From the NCBI GenBank assembly GCA_018001635.1, contig JAGNHS010000009.1, positions 3,091-67,090 on the forward strand: 64,000 bases of DNA, in the 5' to 3' direction. A program made the position numbers and the translations under genes. This document shows, piece by piece, positions 51,087 to 61,691 of this stretch (position 1 is its first letter; every line of letters begins with the position of its first letter). Origin of the DNA: Pseudomonadota bacterium. Its GTDB lineage: Bacteria > Bdellovibrionota > UBA2428. The notes under the pieces were generated by a model. That model ran no database searches, was not told where the DNA came from, and worked only from the letters and a program-made list of their open reading frames with translations.

Positions 51087-52268
51087 GTGCGCTCAATGAA
51101 AAGCCCCCTTTTGGATAATCCTTTTGTATTGGCACCTATGGCCGGTATAACGGATATGCCCTTTCGTCGATTGATGAAAAAAATGGGTGCAGGTTGTGTG
51201 ATTTCTGAATTTGTTTCGGCCCATGCCGTGGTTCAGCAAAAAAAGAAAAAAAGTCGATATCTTAATTTTCACCAAGATGAGCGCCCAGTGGGTATTCAGC
51301 TTTTTGGTGGTCATGAAGACATGTTGGTTGAGGCTTCCAAAATTTTAGAGCAGTTGGGTGTGGATTTCGTTGATATTAATTTTGGATGTCCTGTACCCAA
51401 GGTTACAAAAAGTGGAGGCGGTTCGGCTTGGTTGTGTCATCCCATAGAACTTTCAAAACTATTAGAGAGAGTTAAAGCTGCAATTAAAATTCCTTTAACT
51501 ATAAAAATTAGAACGGGTTGGGATGAGAACTCTATAAATGCAAAAGAGATTGTTAAAATAGCTAGTGAGGCTGGAGTGCATTGGGTGGCTGTTCATGGTC
51601 GAACTCGAGCTCAAGGTTATTCTGGAAATGCTAATTGGAATTTTCTTTCTGAGTTAGCCAGCGAGAGTCCTATTCCCATCATTGGAAATGGAGATATCGT
51701 CAATGGTGCTCAAGCCGCTGCTCGATATGTTTCTTCTGGTTGTCATGGCGTTATGATTGGTCGAGGGGCTCTGAAAAATCCTTGGATATTTTTGGAAGCT
51801 GTAGAAGCACTTAAGCGTTTTGATGAAATTAAGAATGAAGAAAAAGAAGCTTATGCGGAAGCAGTGTTGAGTGAATATCAAATGCCGTCGGCAGGTGAGC
51901 TCAGTGCTGGGCAAGAATATTACAATCGTAAAGTAAAAAGAATGCAGCCTATTCCTGTAAATTTCGTGGCTGATTGGGTGAGAATAAGGGCCGATCGTGA
52001 TGTGATGGCGCTTATAAATTTGCACCTTTCACTTTTGCGAGAAGTTTATAATGAAGAAAGAGTGGAATTTTCATTTAGAAAGTTCTTAGCGTGGTATGCG
52101 GCTGGTTATCCTGGGGCCCATCAATTTCGAAAATTTATTTTCACGACTCAAGATTTTTCGCTCGTTGTCGCTCGTGCTTTTGAGTATTTTGAAGAGATAA
52201 AGTCTTTAGGGCAAAAAGCTGACGCTCATAGAGAAGCGGCTCCGGTGCTTATGTCCGGTCATGGCTAA
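51087..52268 (+). CDS. tRNA-dihydrouridine synthase
   Basis: LAPMAGITDMPFRRL, INFGCPVPKVTK (catalytic Cys), HGRTRAQGYSG. Start could be ATG 51096 rather than GTG 51087. Confidence 0.9.
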   Translation: MRSMKSPLLDNPFVLAPMAGITDMPFRRLMKKMGAGCVISEFVSAHAVVQQKKKKSRYLNFHQDERPVGIQLFGGHEDMLVEASKILEQLGVDFVDINFGCPVPKVTKSGGGSAWLCHPIELSKLLERVKAAIKIPLTIKIRTGWDENSINAKEIVKIASEAGVHWVAVHGRTRAQGYSGNANWNFLSELASESPIPIIGNGDIVNGAQAAARYVSSGCHGVMIGRGALKNPWIFLEAVEALKRFDEIKNEEKEAYAEAVLSEYQMPSAGELSAGQEYYNRKVKRMQPIPVNFVADWVRIRADRDVMALINLHLSLLREVYNEERVEFSFRKFLAWYAAGYPGAHQFRKFIFTTQDFSLVVARAFEYFEEIKSLGQKADAHREAAPVLMSGHG

Positions 52269-52363
52269 GATCTGTCAATTTCCCGCGCTTATTGTTACGT
52301 AGCATATTTTTGTCGCGCGCAAAATTTAGCTCATCTTTAATTCCCGTTACAATGTAAGAGAAC

Positions 52364-55300
52364 ATGGCATCTCGAATAAACCGCGATAAATTTAAAGGTC
52401 TTTTTTCTTTGGGCCGCTATGTTAAGTGGGTTTTAATTTTTGCGGGTGCTAGTTTTTGCGGATTAATTGTTGCGGGTATTTTATGGCTATACCTAAATCC
52501 TATTAGTAAGTTTGAGTCTCAGATAAAGAAAAGACTTACAGAATATACCCATGCAGAAAAAATTTCATGGAAAACTTTGCGATGGGGATTTCAATCAACA
52601 CAATTTAATTTAGGTATTCATGGAGAATCTGTTGTTTTTGAAAATGGTAAAGGTTTTAATAAAATCATTATTCCAGAAATGGATTTGACCGTATCCTTTT
52701 GGAAATTGATTTTATTGAAATTTCCGATGTTTCTCGATTTAAAAAAACCTTTTATAGAATTGAGACAAGAAACTTCCGAAAATAAAAAGCAAGTTGAGGC
52801 TATTGAGATTCCTGAGATCTTGAGTCATTTAAGATTAAATATTCGTTTAAACGAAGGAAGACTCCTTTGGAACTCTTTGGTTAAAAATGAAATTTATGAT
52901 TTAAGAGAATTAAATTTGAATGGTGTCGTGGCAGGTGTGCCGGGATCATTCTCTTTCCAAGCTGAATTTAATCCAGCCCTCAACATACCTTCTTTAAAGC
53001 TTATTGCCTCAAAATCTATGTCCGTAGATGTAGAAGGCTACACGTCTGATTTTGCTGGAAAGTTGATGAGAATTGATTTTGATAAAATAGAGTTTAATTT
53101 TGATGATTCCTTATTGTTAGCAGGGGGTTTTTTAGAAAAAGTTCCAGGGGTTCCATTTAATTTTCGGGCCAAATCTTCATTGGTTTTAGAAAAAGATCTT
53201 TCTGTGGAATCATTTTATCTGAGCGATGGAGTGGTTGAATTGTCTGAACTTTATTCAAAACTTCACTTCGATTATAAGAGTGATATTGGTTCTAGCTTTG
53301 ATTTTTCTCTAGCTCGAGATCATTATAAAAAATTACGATTACCCTTTAAGTATCTTCGAAATCTAGAAATGGATGGCGTGATTGAGTCCGGAATTGTTTA
53401 TGAAGCTCATAAGGGGAAAGAGCCCTTTGTTAAGTGGAAGATTGATTTTAATACTTTAAAAGCTGATTTAAAGAATTTAAACCCTGTTTCTGATAGTTTT
53501 TCAGAAGGCCCTTTTGAATTTTCATTATTGAGTCAGGGCTCTTTGGAAAATGGAAATTTAAAATCACCACGCACAGAGTTTTTAATAAATGCGACCGATG
53601 GAAAGCTTTCTTTTAATAATGAACAAATATTGAAGCAAAAGGGTGAGCGATTTTTGATTGAAGGAAAAATTCGCGCAGAAAATAATCAAGTGACTTTAGA
53701 CAGACTCGTAGCCAAGTTACACACTCTTGAAATCAATGGAGCTGGGAAAATGGAAAATGTTTCACAGTGGTTAAAGGGAGATGTGGCTCCGGCGAAATTT
53801 TCTCTCTATACGAATCGTGTGAATTTGCGTGATTGGGCCAATGTGTTTCGCTTTATTAATCAGTCTCCACCCTTAGAGGGAGCCTTTGAACTTGCGGGTG
53901 AGCTCAATACAGAATTTAAGAATGGTTTGAACACTCAAAAACCCATGAGTTGGAAGATCGATAAAGCTTATGCTTCAGGAGTGAGGGGCTTGTTGAATCC
54001 TGTGGAACTCACAAAGGCGGGTTATCTTGATAAAGATTCGTCGTTGGATGGGGTCTTTACAGCAGATATTCTTTGTTCAGCTCGTGGAGAAGGTTCAGTT
54101 CTCAGTCGTGGAAATATGCGAGCTATAATCGATTTAAGTGATCTTGCTTTTGTTTGGAAGAAAAAATTTCAAAAAGAGCAGGGTGTGCCATTAAAGTTAA
54201 CGGCTTCAATTGATGCTCTTCAAAATGAAATTAGTATTCAGCAAGCGAAATTTCAATTTCATACACTAGTTATGAGTTTAACTGGAAAACTGCGCCAAGG
54301 CTCTGGTCGAAGTTCGGTGATGTTAAATATGGCGAAACCTGTTGAGCTTGGTGATTGGAAAAAGTTTTTTCCACAAACTAAAGTTCCACTTCAAGGACAA
54401 ATTGCTTGGAACGGACTTTTGGGATTTGCTGGTTCGGAGAAGAGTTTTTCAAATAACTTTGATTTTAAAAAAGTGGCTTTAAAGGGTTCGTTGAACTTCA
54501 ATCATATTAAAGGAAGAGTCCCCGATTCTGAAGTTTTGATTAGAGATGCCAATGCGAATCTAAAGTTTAGTGATCAAGGGGTTTCTGTGGATAGGGCTTC
54601 TGTGAGATTTGACGATAATCAAATAGATTTGCAAGGTTCGTCCACTCCTTTAAAGTCAACGGGTCGATGGTTGAGCGTTTCTGATATCTTAGCCAATAAG
54701 ACTTGGGAGCATAAATATATTTTTAAAATGCACCATTTCACTCCTTCTGAAAATTCGAAATCTGAATCTCAAAACAAAAATGAAAAGCCTTTCGATTTGA
54801 TAGAAATTCTCAGAAATCCGTACGTTAAAGGTAGTGTATACGATTTAGGAATTATTATTGAAGAGGGCAAGTTGGGTGGAGTGCCTTTTAAAAAGTTGAA
54901 AGCCAAAGCCACTTGGAAAGATGCACAGTTAGTGATGAATCCCATAGAGCTCAGGGCTCTTCGCGGCGAACTTCGAGGAAGTGCCAACATCAATGCGCAA
55001 GATTTTTATTTACGCAATCAAGATCCAACATTCTCTAGCACTCTGAGAGTGAATCATCTCAATATTGGAGATCTTATTGAAAATGTTAAGCCTGAAATGA
55101 AGGGTCTTTTGGGGGGCTCTTTGGACGGCGGTGTTATTTTAAGTGGCGAGGGAATATTGTTTGATGATTTGATAAAAAAATCTTCAGGAAGACTCCAGGG
55201 TCGATTGAGCGATGGTTATTTTGAAACTTTCAAAATTCTTAAAGGACAACTCGACGACAAAGTTCGTCAAGGAGAATTGAATAAATGGCTCGCACAAGAG

Positions 55301-55753
55301 GCCAAGAGAGAATCTTGTTTGCAGAGCAATTTTGTTGCCGATCTTGATGCTGAGATTAGGGATGGCGCTATATCGGTGTCTCAATCAAAAATTCTATTCA
55401 CAAAAACTCAATCCAAAATCAACATGAAGGGTGATATCGATCGTCAGCTCAATATTAATATGAAGGGAAATTTCTTTGCGGGTGATTCCTGTGTGAATGG
55501 TGATTTGCGTGCATGCCTTAGTAAAAACAAGGAGGGAGCCGCGGTTCCTTTCTATATTCAGGGGCCGGCATCTCAAGCTCAGGCGAAGTTGGATTATGCT
55601 GGCTTGACTCGGCAAATTGGACTTTGCATAAAGGATGGAGCCAAAGAAAAGCTTGTTGAGAAAGTTCGAAGTGAAATCAAGAAAAGTCCTGAAATTAAAA
55701 AAGCTAAAGACCAAGCCGTCGAGCAAATTAAAAACATATTCAAAGGACGTTAA
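52364..55753 (+). CDS. AsmA-family-like large envelope protein (1129 aa)
   Basis: Single N-terminal TM anchor (VKWVLIFAGASFCGLIVAGILWLYL) followed by a long beta-rich repetitive body. Assigned by architecture only. Confidence 0.6.
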   Translation: MASRINRDKFKGLFSLGRYVKWVLIFAGASFCGLIVAGILWLYLNPISKFESQIKKRLTEYTHAEKISWKTLRWGFQSTQFNLGIHGESVVFENGKGFNKIIIPEMDLTVSFWKLILLKFPMFLDLKKPFIELRQETSENKKQVEAIEIPEILSHLRLNIRLNEGRLLWNSLVKNEIYDLRELNLNGVVAGVPGSFSFQAEFNPALNIPSLKLIASKSMSVDVEGYTSDFAGKLMRIDFDKIEFNFDDSLLLAGGFLEKVPGVPFNFRAKSSLVLEKDLSVESFYLSDGVVELSELYSKLHFDYKSDIGSSFDFSLARDHYKKLRLPFKYLRNLEMDGVIESGIVYEAHKGKEPFVKWKIDFNTLKADLKNLNPVSDSFSEGPFEFSLLSQGSLENGNLKSPRTEFLINATDGKLSFNNEQILKQKGERFLIEGKIRAENNQVTLDRLVAKLHTLEINGAGKMENVSQWLKGDVAPAKFSLYTNRVNLRDWANVFRFINQSPPLEGAFELAGELNTEFKNGLNTQKPMSWKIDKAYASGVRGLLNPVELTKAGYLDKDSSLDGVFTADILCSARGEGSVLSRGNMRAIIDLSDLAFVWKKKFQKEQGVPLKLTASIDALQNEISIQQAKFQFHTLVMSLTGKLRQGSGRSSVMLNMAKPVELGDWKKFFPQTKVPLQGQIAWNGLLGFAGSEKSFSNNFDFKKVALKGSLNFNHIKGRVPDSEVLIRDANANLKFSDQGVSVDRASVRFDDNQIDLQGSSTPLKSTGRWLSVSDILANKTWEHKYIFKMHHFTPSENSKSESQNKNEKPFDLIEILRNPYVKGSVYDLGIIIEEGKLGGVPFKKLKAKATWKDAQLVMNPIELRALRGELRGSANINAQDFYLRNQDPTFSSTLRVNHLNIGDLIENVKPEMKGLLGGSLDGGVILSGEGILFDDLIKKSSGRLQGRLSDGYFETFKILKGQLDDKVRQGELNKWLAQEAKRESCLQSNFVADLDAEIRDGAISVSQSKILFTKTQSKINMKGDIDRQLNINMKGNFFAGDSCVNGDLRACLSKNKEGAAVPFYIQGPASQAQAKLDYAGLTRQIGLCIKDGAKEKLVEKVRSEIKKSPEIKKAKDQAVEQIKNIFKGR

Positions 55754-55775
55754 GTCCCTTCAGGTTCTAGAATTA

Positions 55776-56825
55776 TTGAAATCTGTTAAGTCTCTTTTGG
55801 CTTGGTATAGAAATCAACAAAGAGTTTTGCCTTGGCGCAAAGATAAGCCAAGTCCCTATCACGTTTGGATAAGTGAAATCATGTTGCAGCAGTCGACTAT
55901 GCAGAGTGTGCTTCCTTATTTTGATCGTTGGATCAAACAATTCCCCAACATTGAGGATTTAGCGAAAGCCTCAGAAGGCGAGGTTCTTAAATTGTGGCAA
56001 GGTTTGGGATATTATCAAAGAGCACGAAATCTTCATCGAGCGGCCCAGGAGATTTTATCATTTATTGATTCCACTAAGAGATGGCCTAAATCCATCGAAG
56101 AGTGGAGGTCGTTTCCGGGAGTGGGTGATTACACAGCGGCCGCGATAGCATCAATTGTTTATAACGAAAAAGTGCTTCCCGTGGATGGGAATGTGATTAG
56201 AGTTCTTTCAAGGTTTTGGAATATAAAAAACCCCTTAAATAATTCCAAGGACCTTGAGTTGATAAAAAATAACTTTGAATTGTTTGCGAAAAAACTAGCT
56301 CAGGGCCATCATCGAGATTTAGCGCAAGCATTTATGGAGTTAGGGGCGCTCATTTGTCGGCCAGGGGCTGATCCAAAATGTGCTATGTGTCCTTTAAATA
56401 AAGGGTGCTGTGCTTATTCCTTAAAAACTCAAACAAAGATCCCCATCCCTAAGAAGAAGCCACCCGCGGTGAATATTTTGAGTTTAAATCTCATATATAG
56501 GGGTGATGATAATTCCCCTATTCTAAGAAAAATTCCAAAAGGTAGGCGATTGGCTGGGCAGTGGGAGTTACCTCAATACGAAATTATTACCGATAAGCCA
56601 AAGGAGTTAATAGCACGATATCAGAGGGTTTTTGAGTCGTTTGGCCCTCTCCGCCATAGCATTACTAATCATCGTTATTGGGCTTGGGGCCTCAACCTGG
56701 GGGCTTGGGGTGCTTCTAAAGAGCTTCCGGAGGGGCATCTTCGGCTGTCTGATTTAGGAGAGCATGAGACCTTAACAACTCTAAGTCGGAAAATACTCTT
56801 TGAAGTTGAAAAGTCGGAGCTTTAA
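55776..56825 (+). CDS. mutY: Adenine DNA glycosylase MutY
   Basis: LLAWYRNQQRVLPWR..PYHVWISEIMLQQST, HhH-GPD region, Fe-S cluster CRPGADPKCAMCPLNKGCC, C-terminal Nudix-like domain. The ORF is open from 55635 (119-nt overlap with the upstream gene). In-frame TTG 55776 is proposed as the start. Confidence 0.85.
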   Translation: MKSVKSLLAWYRNQQRVLPWRKDKPSPYHVWISEIMLQQSTMQSVLPYFDRWIKQFPNIEDLAKASEGEVLKLWQGLGYYQRARNLHRAAQEILSFIDSTKRWPKSIEEWRSFPGVGDYTAAAIASIVYNEKVLPVDGNVIRVLSRFWNIKNPLNNSKDLELIKNNFELFAKKLAQGHHRDLAQAFMELGALICRPGADPKCAMCPLNKGCCAYSLKTQTKIPIPKKKPPAVNILSLNLIYRGDDNSPILRKIPKGRRLAGQWELPQYEIITDKPKELIARYQRVFESFGPLRHSITNHRYWAWGLNLGAWGASKELPEGHLRLSDLGEHETLTTLSRKILFEVEKSEL

Positions 56826-56843
56826 GGGCATGTTAGCTCCACT

Positions 56844-57062
56844 ATGGCTCGAGTTTGTAAAGTAACCGGAAAAAAACCCCTTGTTGGACATCGCGTATCG
56901 CATTCAAATACAAAAACAAAAATGCGACAGCTTCCCAATATTCGTAAGCGTCGTATGTTTGATGAAAGCACCGGCACTTGGATTACAGTGAAACTTTCAA
57001 CTTCTGCCCTTCGTACAATTACTAAGGTTGGATTGAAGAAAGCTTTAGCTTTAAAAAGCTAG
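56844..57062 (+). CDS. rpmB: 50S ribosomal protein L28
   Basis: MARVCKVTGKKPLVGHRVSHSNTKTKMRQLPN is canonical L28. Confidence 0.95.
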   Translation: MARVCKVTGKKPLVGHRVSHSNTKTKMRQLPNIRKRRMFDESTGTWITVKLSTSALRTITKVGLKKALALKS

Positions 57063-57068
57063 TTTTTT

Positions 57069-58058
57069 TTGGCGCGTTTTCGTCAGCAAAAAAAATATAC
57101 TAATTTAAAGAATCGCCCTGCCATCTCCTCTGATGAGCTCTTGGCGATATTTCAAAAAAATCATTCGATATTTGTAAATCATGTTCAGGAGGAGCGACTC
57201 CCTGATTTTTTAAAAGAATATCGTAAAGCTCCTTTGGCTCAAATTGCAGAACTTGTTTTTTGTGAGCACAATTCAAATTATTTATGGCCCATTAATTCAT
57301 GGGGTCCCATTCAACTTGTAGAAATCGAGTCGATCACTAAAGCTGCAAAGTTTTTGAAGTCTCTTCAGCGCAATTGGGTTCACCAAGCTTTGTTTAGCGT
57401 TAGGCGCGGGGCGCTGATTTCCCAAGAGCTTCCGAAGATAAGTGCTAAGCCTATAAATTTTCCCGACAGGGCTCCTGATGCTGCTTTGGGCGTTTTTTCA
57501 TTAATAGATAATGAACATCTCATTTATAGTTTGAAGAGTCGTTCTCCTTTTCTTCAGGCTTGTCCTCGTTTTGCTCAGGAGTTAGAGGGGGCTCCTAGTC
57601 AGGCTTATTTAAAACTTTGGGAAGCCTTAACTCGTTTGGGTGTTTGGCCTACGAAAGAGGAAGTTTCGCTAGATGTAGGCTCGGCTCCGGGATCGTGGAC
57701 CTTGGCCTTGTCAGATATTTCAAAGAAAGTTTTCAGCGTTGATAAAGCTCCCCTTGAGCCGGTCGTTTTGAAAAGAACTAATGTTGAATTTATAAAGGGC
57801 GATGCCTTTAAGCTTTCTGAGGGCCTTATAAAAGAATTAGATTGGCTCTTTTCTGATGTGATTTGCGCTCCAGAGCGTCTTTATGAATTGATTGAGAGTG
57901 TCTTAAAAATCAATCCAAAAATTAAAATGCTCTGTACTTTAAAGTTTTTAGGACCCTGGGAGCCCTCTAGTGTCGAAAAATTCTTAAGGATTCCGGGATC
58001 TAAAATTCAACACCTTTATTACAATAAACACGAGCTTTGTTTTTCTAGGTTGCCCTAA
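57069..58058 (+). CDS. FtsJ/RlmM-like SAM-dependent RNA 2'-O-methyltransferase
   Basis: SAM-binding loop LDVGSAPGSWT and DKAP...D motifs in the C-terminal half. N-terminal THUMP-like region. TTG start. Confidence 0.65.
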   Translation: MARFRQQKKYTNLKNRPAISSDELLAIFQKNHSIFVNHVQEERLPDFLKEYRKAPLAQIAELVFCEHNSNYLWPINSWGPIQLVEIESITKAAKFLKSLQRNWVHQALFSVRRGALISQELPKISAKPINFPDRAPDAALGVFSLIDNEHLIYSLKSRSPFLQACPRFAQELEGAPSQAYLKLWEALTRLGVWPTKEEVSLDVGSAPGSWTLALSDISKKVFSVDKAPLEPVVLKRTNVEFIKGDAFKLSEGLIKELDWLFSDVICAPERLYELIESVLKINPKIKMLCTLKFLGPWEPSSVEKFLRIPGSKIQHLYYNKHELCFSRLP

Positions 58059-58106
58059 ATCCTCTTACATCCTTGTTTCTTGAGGGTTTTTATATGAAAA
58101 CCCTAA

Positions 58107-58751
58107 TTGGTGAATGGGCGATCGGGGAAAAACTTCAGATATAATTACATTTTCGGATTAATTATATTCTGGAGTTTTTTTGCGTTTGAAAGCCATTCTA
58201 GTTTTATACCCAGCAAAATTCCTAAAACAATTAGTCTATTAGTATTGGCTCCAGGAAATGCTTTTGATTCTAGTTTTGGTCATGTTGATCTTGTACTCAG
58301 CTACGGCGATAAGCCACAGTATAATGATGTGTTGGTAGGATTTGGTCCTTCGGCTGATGACATTGGTGAATTTGATAAAAATATTACGGGCTATCAAATG
58401 ATAGTTTGGCAAAACACTTTGCTTGATCGATTTAAAGATGCGCTGAAATTAGAAAGAAATTGGATAAGAATTATACCCATTAAAATGAGTGAAAAAGAAC
58501 GAGCCAATGCTGTTGAGCTAATTGAGCGGTATCACGCGCACATAAACGAAATTAAGTATTTTCCGCTCAATAACAATTGCGCCACAATGGTGAGTCGAAT
58601 TGTTGGTCAAGCCAAAGGTCGGCGAGTTTTTGGAGTTGAAGCAAATTATCCACTCACTATAGAGGCTTCGTTTCGACGTTTGCGGTGGACAAGTTGGTTT
58701 AATAATCACCAATACAGCCAAAAATTTATTCAAAGTCTTGAATTGCCGTAA
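58107..58751 (+). CDS. DUF4105-like exported protein
   Basis: Signal-like N-terminus. SSFGHVDLVL and YFPLNNNCATMV resemble DUF4105 (Lnb N-terminal periplasmic domain) motifs. Confidence 0.55.
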   Translation: MVNGRSGKNFRYNYIFGLIIFWSFFAFESHSSFIPSKIPKTISLLVLAPGNAFDSSFGHVDLVLSYGDKPQYNDVLVGFGPSADDIGEFDKNITGYQMIVWQNTLLDRFKDALKLERNWIRIIPIKMSEKERANAVELIERYHAHINEIKYFPLNNNCATMVSRIVGQAKGRRVFGVEANYPLTIEASFRRLRWTSWFNNHQYSQKFIQSLELP

Positions 58752-58771
58752 TCTAAACTTGTGTAAGTTTT

Positions 58772-59185
58772 TTGACGCTATTGTTTAGGGTTTTCAATCT
58801 TAAGTTTTACGAAATCTTAACCGAAGAGCTCTTAAGAGAGGGAAATCTTATGGATGAGATAACTCAAACTGAAGAAACTTTATGGGAAGCCGTACTCGAT
58901 ATTTTATCGGAGAAAGGGCGTCTCAGTCGTTATTACAGAGTACCAAGAAATGAAATGCGAGCTGTGATGAAGGTTTATGGAAAGAATACTCCTTCTGATT
59001 TGCAGCAAGTTTTTAAAGCCATCAAAAATGGTGACAAAGAAAAAATTCGAAACTTTTTAGATCAAGCAGGAGATTTTAGAGTTTTTTGTATGCTTAAGGA
59101 ACTCAGTCGCTCAATGAAATGTTGGGTTGAAACTGGAAATTCTGCGATTCACAATGCTCGTGCATGGCCTGTGGCTCATGCTTAA
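58772..59185 (+). CDS. Hypothetical protein (start possibly ATG 58851)
   Basis: Open frame directly upstream of the CpaF-like ATPase gene (13-nt gap). No recognisable motif. Confidence 0.55.
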   Translation: MTLLFRVFNLKFYEILTEELLREGNLMDEITQTEETLWEAVLDILSEKGRLSRYYRVPRNEMRAVMKVYGKNTPSDLQQVFKAIKNGDKEKIRNFLDQAGDFRVFCMLKELSRSMKCWVETGNSAIHNARAWPVAHA

Positions 59186-59198
59186 GGAGAGTTAAAAG

Positions 59199-60326
59199 AT
59201 GTCGTCACTTCCGCAATCAGGAACGGGAAGCAGTATATTTGAGGATACACTCAAAACGCTTTTGGCACCGGTTGAAAAACTTTTAGTGGATCCGAGTGTT
59301 ACGGAAATCATGATTAACGGAAGTCGCGATATTTTTTATGAAGTCAAAGGTAAGATTCATAAAAGTGATTGTGCTTTTAGTAGTGAAGAAGCCTTGTTGG
59401 CAGCGGCGCGGAATATTTCGCAATTTGTTGGAAAAACCATTTCAGAAAAAGAACCTATATTAGACGCTCGCTTACCCGATGGAAGTCGTATTTGCGTTGT
59501 GGGACCACCCTGCGCAAAAAACGGAACAACGATCGCCATTCGAAAGTTTGCAAAAGAAAAATTAGGACTTAAGGATCTCATTAACTTTGGTGCGATGAGT
59601 GGCGATATGGCGCGATTTTTAGATGTGGCCACAATTCTCAAGCGAAACATTCTAGTCAGTGGTGGAACAGGTTCTGGTAAAACGACTTTGCTCAACGTTT
59701 TGGGAAGTCGAATTCCAGGAAATGAGCGCGTGCTCATTATTGAAGACACGTCTGAGTTACAAATTAAAAGTAATCATGTGGTTCGCTTTGAAACTAAACA
59801 TAAAGAGTATGACGGCAAGGGTGAAGTGACCATTCGAGATTTGGTGAAGGCTTCTTTGCGACTACGTCCGGATAGAATTATTGTCGGTGAAGTTCGAGGA
59901 GGTGAGGCTATGGAGTTGGTGCAAGCCATGAACACGGGTCACGACGGTTCGATGGGAACTTTGCATGCCAACAACCCTCCTCAAGCCATGAATCGATTAG
60001 AGACTCTTTGTATGTTGGTGGATACCGGCGTTCCTGCGCATGTAGTGAGATCGCAAGTGGCCGACGCCATTCACCTCATTGTTCAGGCCAATCGATTGCG
60101 CGATGGAAGTCGAAAAATCACATCTGTCAGTGAAATAGTCGGAGTTTCGGAGCGTGACACTTACATCATTCAAGATTTGTTTGTTTTTAAACAAACGGGT
60201 GTGGCCGAAGATGGAAAAATCATGGGTCAACATGTGGCTTGTGGAAATATGCCTATTTTTAAAGATGCCATTTTAACTTCTGGAATTCCGTTTCCATTGA
60301 GTGTGTTTCAGAAAAAGGCTGCGTAG
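59199..60326 (+). CDS. CpaF/TadA-VirB11-class secretion ATPase (short form, 375 aa)
   Basis: Walker [10 protein letters not shown], Asp box LIIEDTSEL, Walker B/Arg fingers [14 protein letters not shown], His box [13 protein letters not shown]. Confidence 0.9.
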   Translation: MSSLPQSGTGSSIFEDTLKTLLAPVEKLLVDPSVTEIMINGSRDIFYEVKGKIHKSDCAFSSEEALLAAARNISQFVGKTISEKEPILDARLPDGSRICVVGPPCAKNGTTIAIRKFAKEKLGLKDLINFGAMSGDMARFLDVATILKRNILVSGGTGSGKTTLLNVLGSRIPGNERVLIIEDTSELQIKSNHVVRFETKHKEYDGKGEVTIRDLVKASLRLRPDRIIVGEVRGGEAMELVQAMNTGHDGSMGTLHANNPPQAMNRLETLCMLVDTGVPAHVVRSQVADAIHLIVQANRLRDGSRKITSVSEIVGVSERDTYIIQDLFVFKQTGVAEDGKIMGQHVACGNMPIFKDAILTSGIPFPLSVFQKKAA

Positions 60327-60373
60327 CAAAAATAGTCTAGCTCGTTGGCACTCCCTTTGGGGCGTGTTAGTTC

Positions 60374-61669
60374 ATGGGCATGGCAAAAATATCAAAAATT
60401 ATTGGTCGAGAAATTTTAGATTCACGAGGCTTTCCTACAGTCGAAGCTGAAGTTCATTTAGATAATGGAATTGTTACAATTGCTGATTCTCCCTCTGGCG
60501 CCTCTACTGGTAAACATGAAGCACTAGAACTCAGAGATGGAAACAACTCTCGCTTTCTCGGTAAAGGTGTTTTGAATGCCGTAAAAAATATCAATGATCA
60601 CATAGCTCCATTGTTAATCGGGAAAGATCCACAAAATTTAAATGAAGTGGATTCTGCGATGATTGCTGCCGATGCGACTGAAAATAAATCTAAGTTTGGT
60701 GCCAATGCTATCTTGGCTGTGTCACTAGCGTCTGCAAAGGCGGCGGCTCAAGAGCAAAAAATTCCATTTGCAACTTGGATCAATAAGCAAGCCTCTCAAA
60801 TGGGATATCCTTGCGAAATGAAAATGCCCATACCCTTGATGAACGTAATCAATGGTGGCGCCCATGCTGATAATGGACTCGATATCCAAGAATTTATGTT
60901 AGTGCCTCACGGCTTTTCTTCTTTCAAAGAAACTTTAAGAGCGGGCGCTGAAATATTTCATCACTTAAAGAAAATACTTTCATCACAAGGTTTAACAGTG
61001 GCCGTAGGTGATGAGGGTGGTTTTGCTCCGCAATTAAAATCCAATGAAAATGCATTAGAGGTTTTGTTAACTGCTATTGAAAAAGCCGGTTATAAACCTT
61101 CGGAGCAAATTTCTTTGGCATTGGATGTGGCTTCCTCTGAATTTTATGACGCCGGGAGCTATAAGTTTCGAGATTCAAAAATTGGAACTGTATCGAGTGC
61201 ACAGCTTGTTGAACATTACGCTCAACTAATAGAACGCTTTCCTATCGTGTCTATTGAGGACGCTATGGCTGAAGATGACTGGAGCGGATGGCAATTATTA
61301 ACGTCTAAGCTTGGAAACAAGCTTCAACTTATTGGTGATGATTTATTTGTGACCCAAGAAAAAAGATTGGCCATGGGCGTTGAGAAAAAAGCTGGAAACT
61401 CTATTCTTATCAAACTCAATCAAGTGGGTTCTTTGCTTGAAACATTAAAAACAATGAAATATGCATCAGAGAAGACTTTTAGGTCGATTGTTTCACATCG
61501 TTCTGGAGAAACAGAAGATGTGAGCTTGGCTCATCTAGCGGTGGGCACGGGATGTGGACAGGTCAAAACAGGATCTGCCAGTCGAACAGATCGCTTAGCT
61601 AAGTACAACGAGCTTCTTCGTTTAGAAGAAAGACTTGATTGCTCGATGGCAAAGTGGCCTAAAAGATAA
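60374..61669 (+). CDS. eno: Enolase
   Basis: [29 protein letters not shown]. Start may be ATG 60380. Confidence 0.97.
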   Translation: MGMAKISKIIGREILDSRGFPTVEAEVHLDNGIVTIADSPSGASTGKHEALELRDGNNSRFLGKGVLNAVKNINDHIAPLLIGKDPQNLNEVDSAMIAADATENKSKFGANAILAVSLASAKAAAQEQKIPFATWINKQASQMGYPCEMKMPIPLMNVINGGAHADNGLDIQEFMLVPHGFSSFKETLRAGAEIFHHLKKILSSQGLTVAVGDEGGFAPQLKSNENALEVLLTAIEKAGYKPSEQISLALDVASSEFYDAGSYKFRDSKIGTVSSAQLVEHYAQLIERFPIVSIEDAMAEDDWSGWQLLTSKLGNKLQLIGDDLFVTQEKRLAMGVEKKAGNSILIKLNQVGSLLETLKTMKYASEKTFRSIVSHRSGETEDVSLAHLAVGTGCGQVKTGSASRTDRLAKYNELLRLEERLDCSMAKWPKR

Positions 61670-61691
61670 AAACTTTGGAGGTTTTATAAGT

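Noticed and set aside
55635-55775. 119-nt overlap between the AsmA-like gene and the long mutY ORF
   Set aside because: This is probably an artefact of taking the longest ORF. The conserved MutY N-terminus begins near LLAWYRNQQ, and an in-frame TTG at 55776 lies just after the upstream stop. It is not evidence for programmed overlap or frameshifting.
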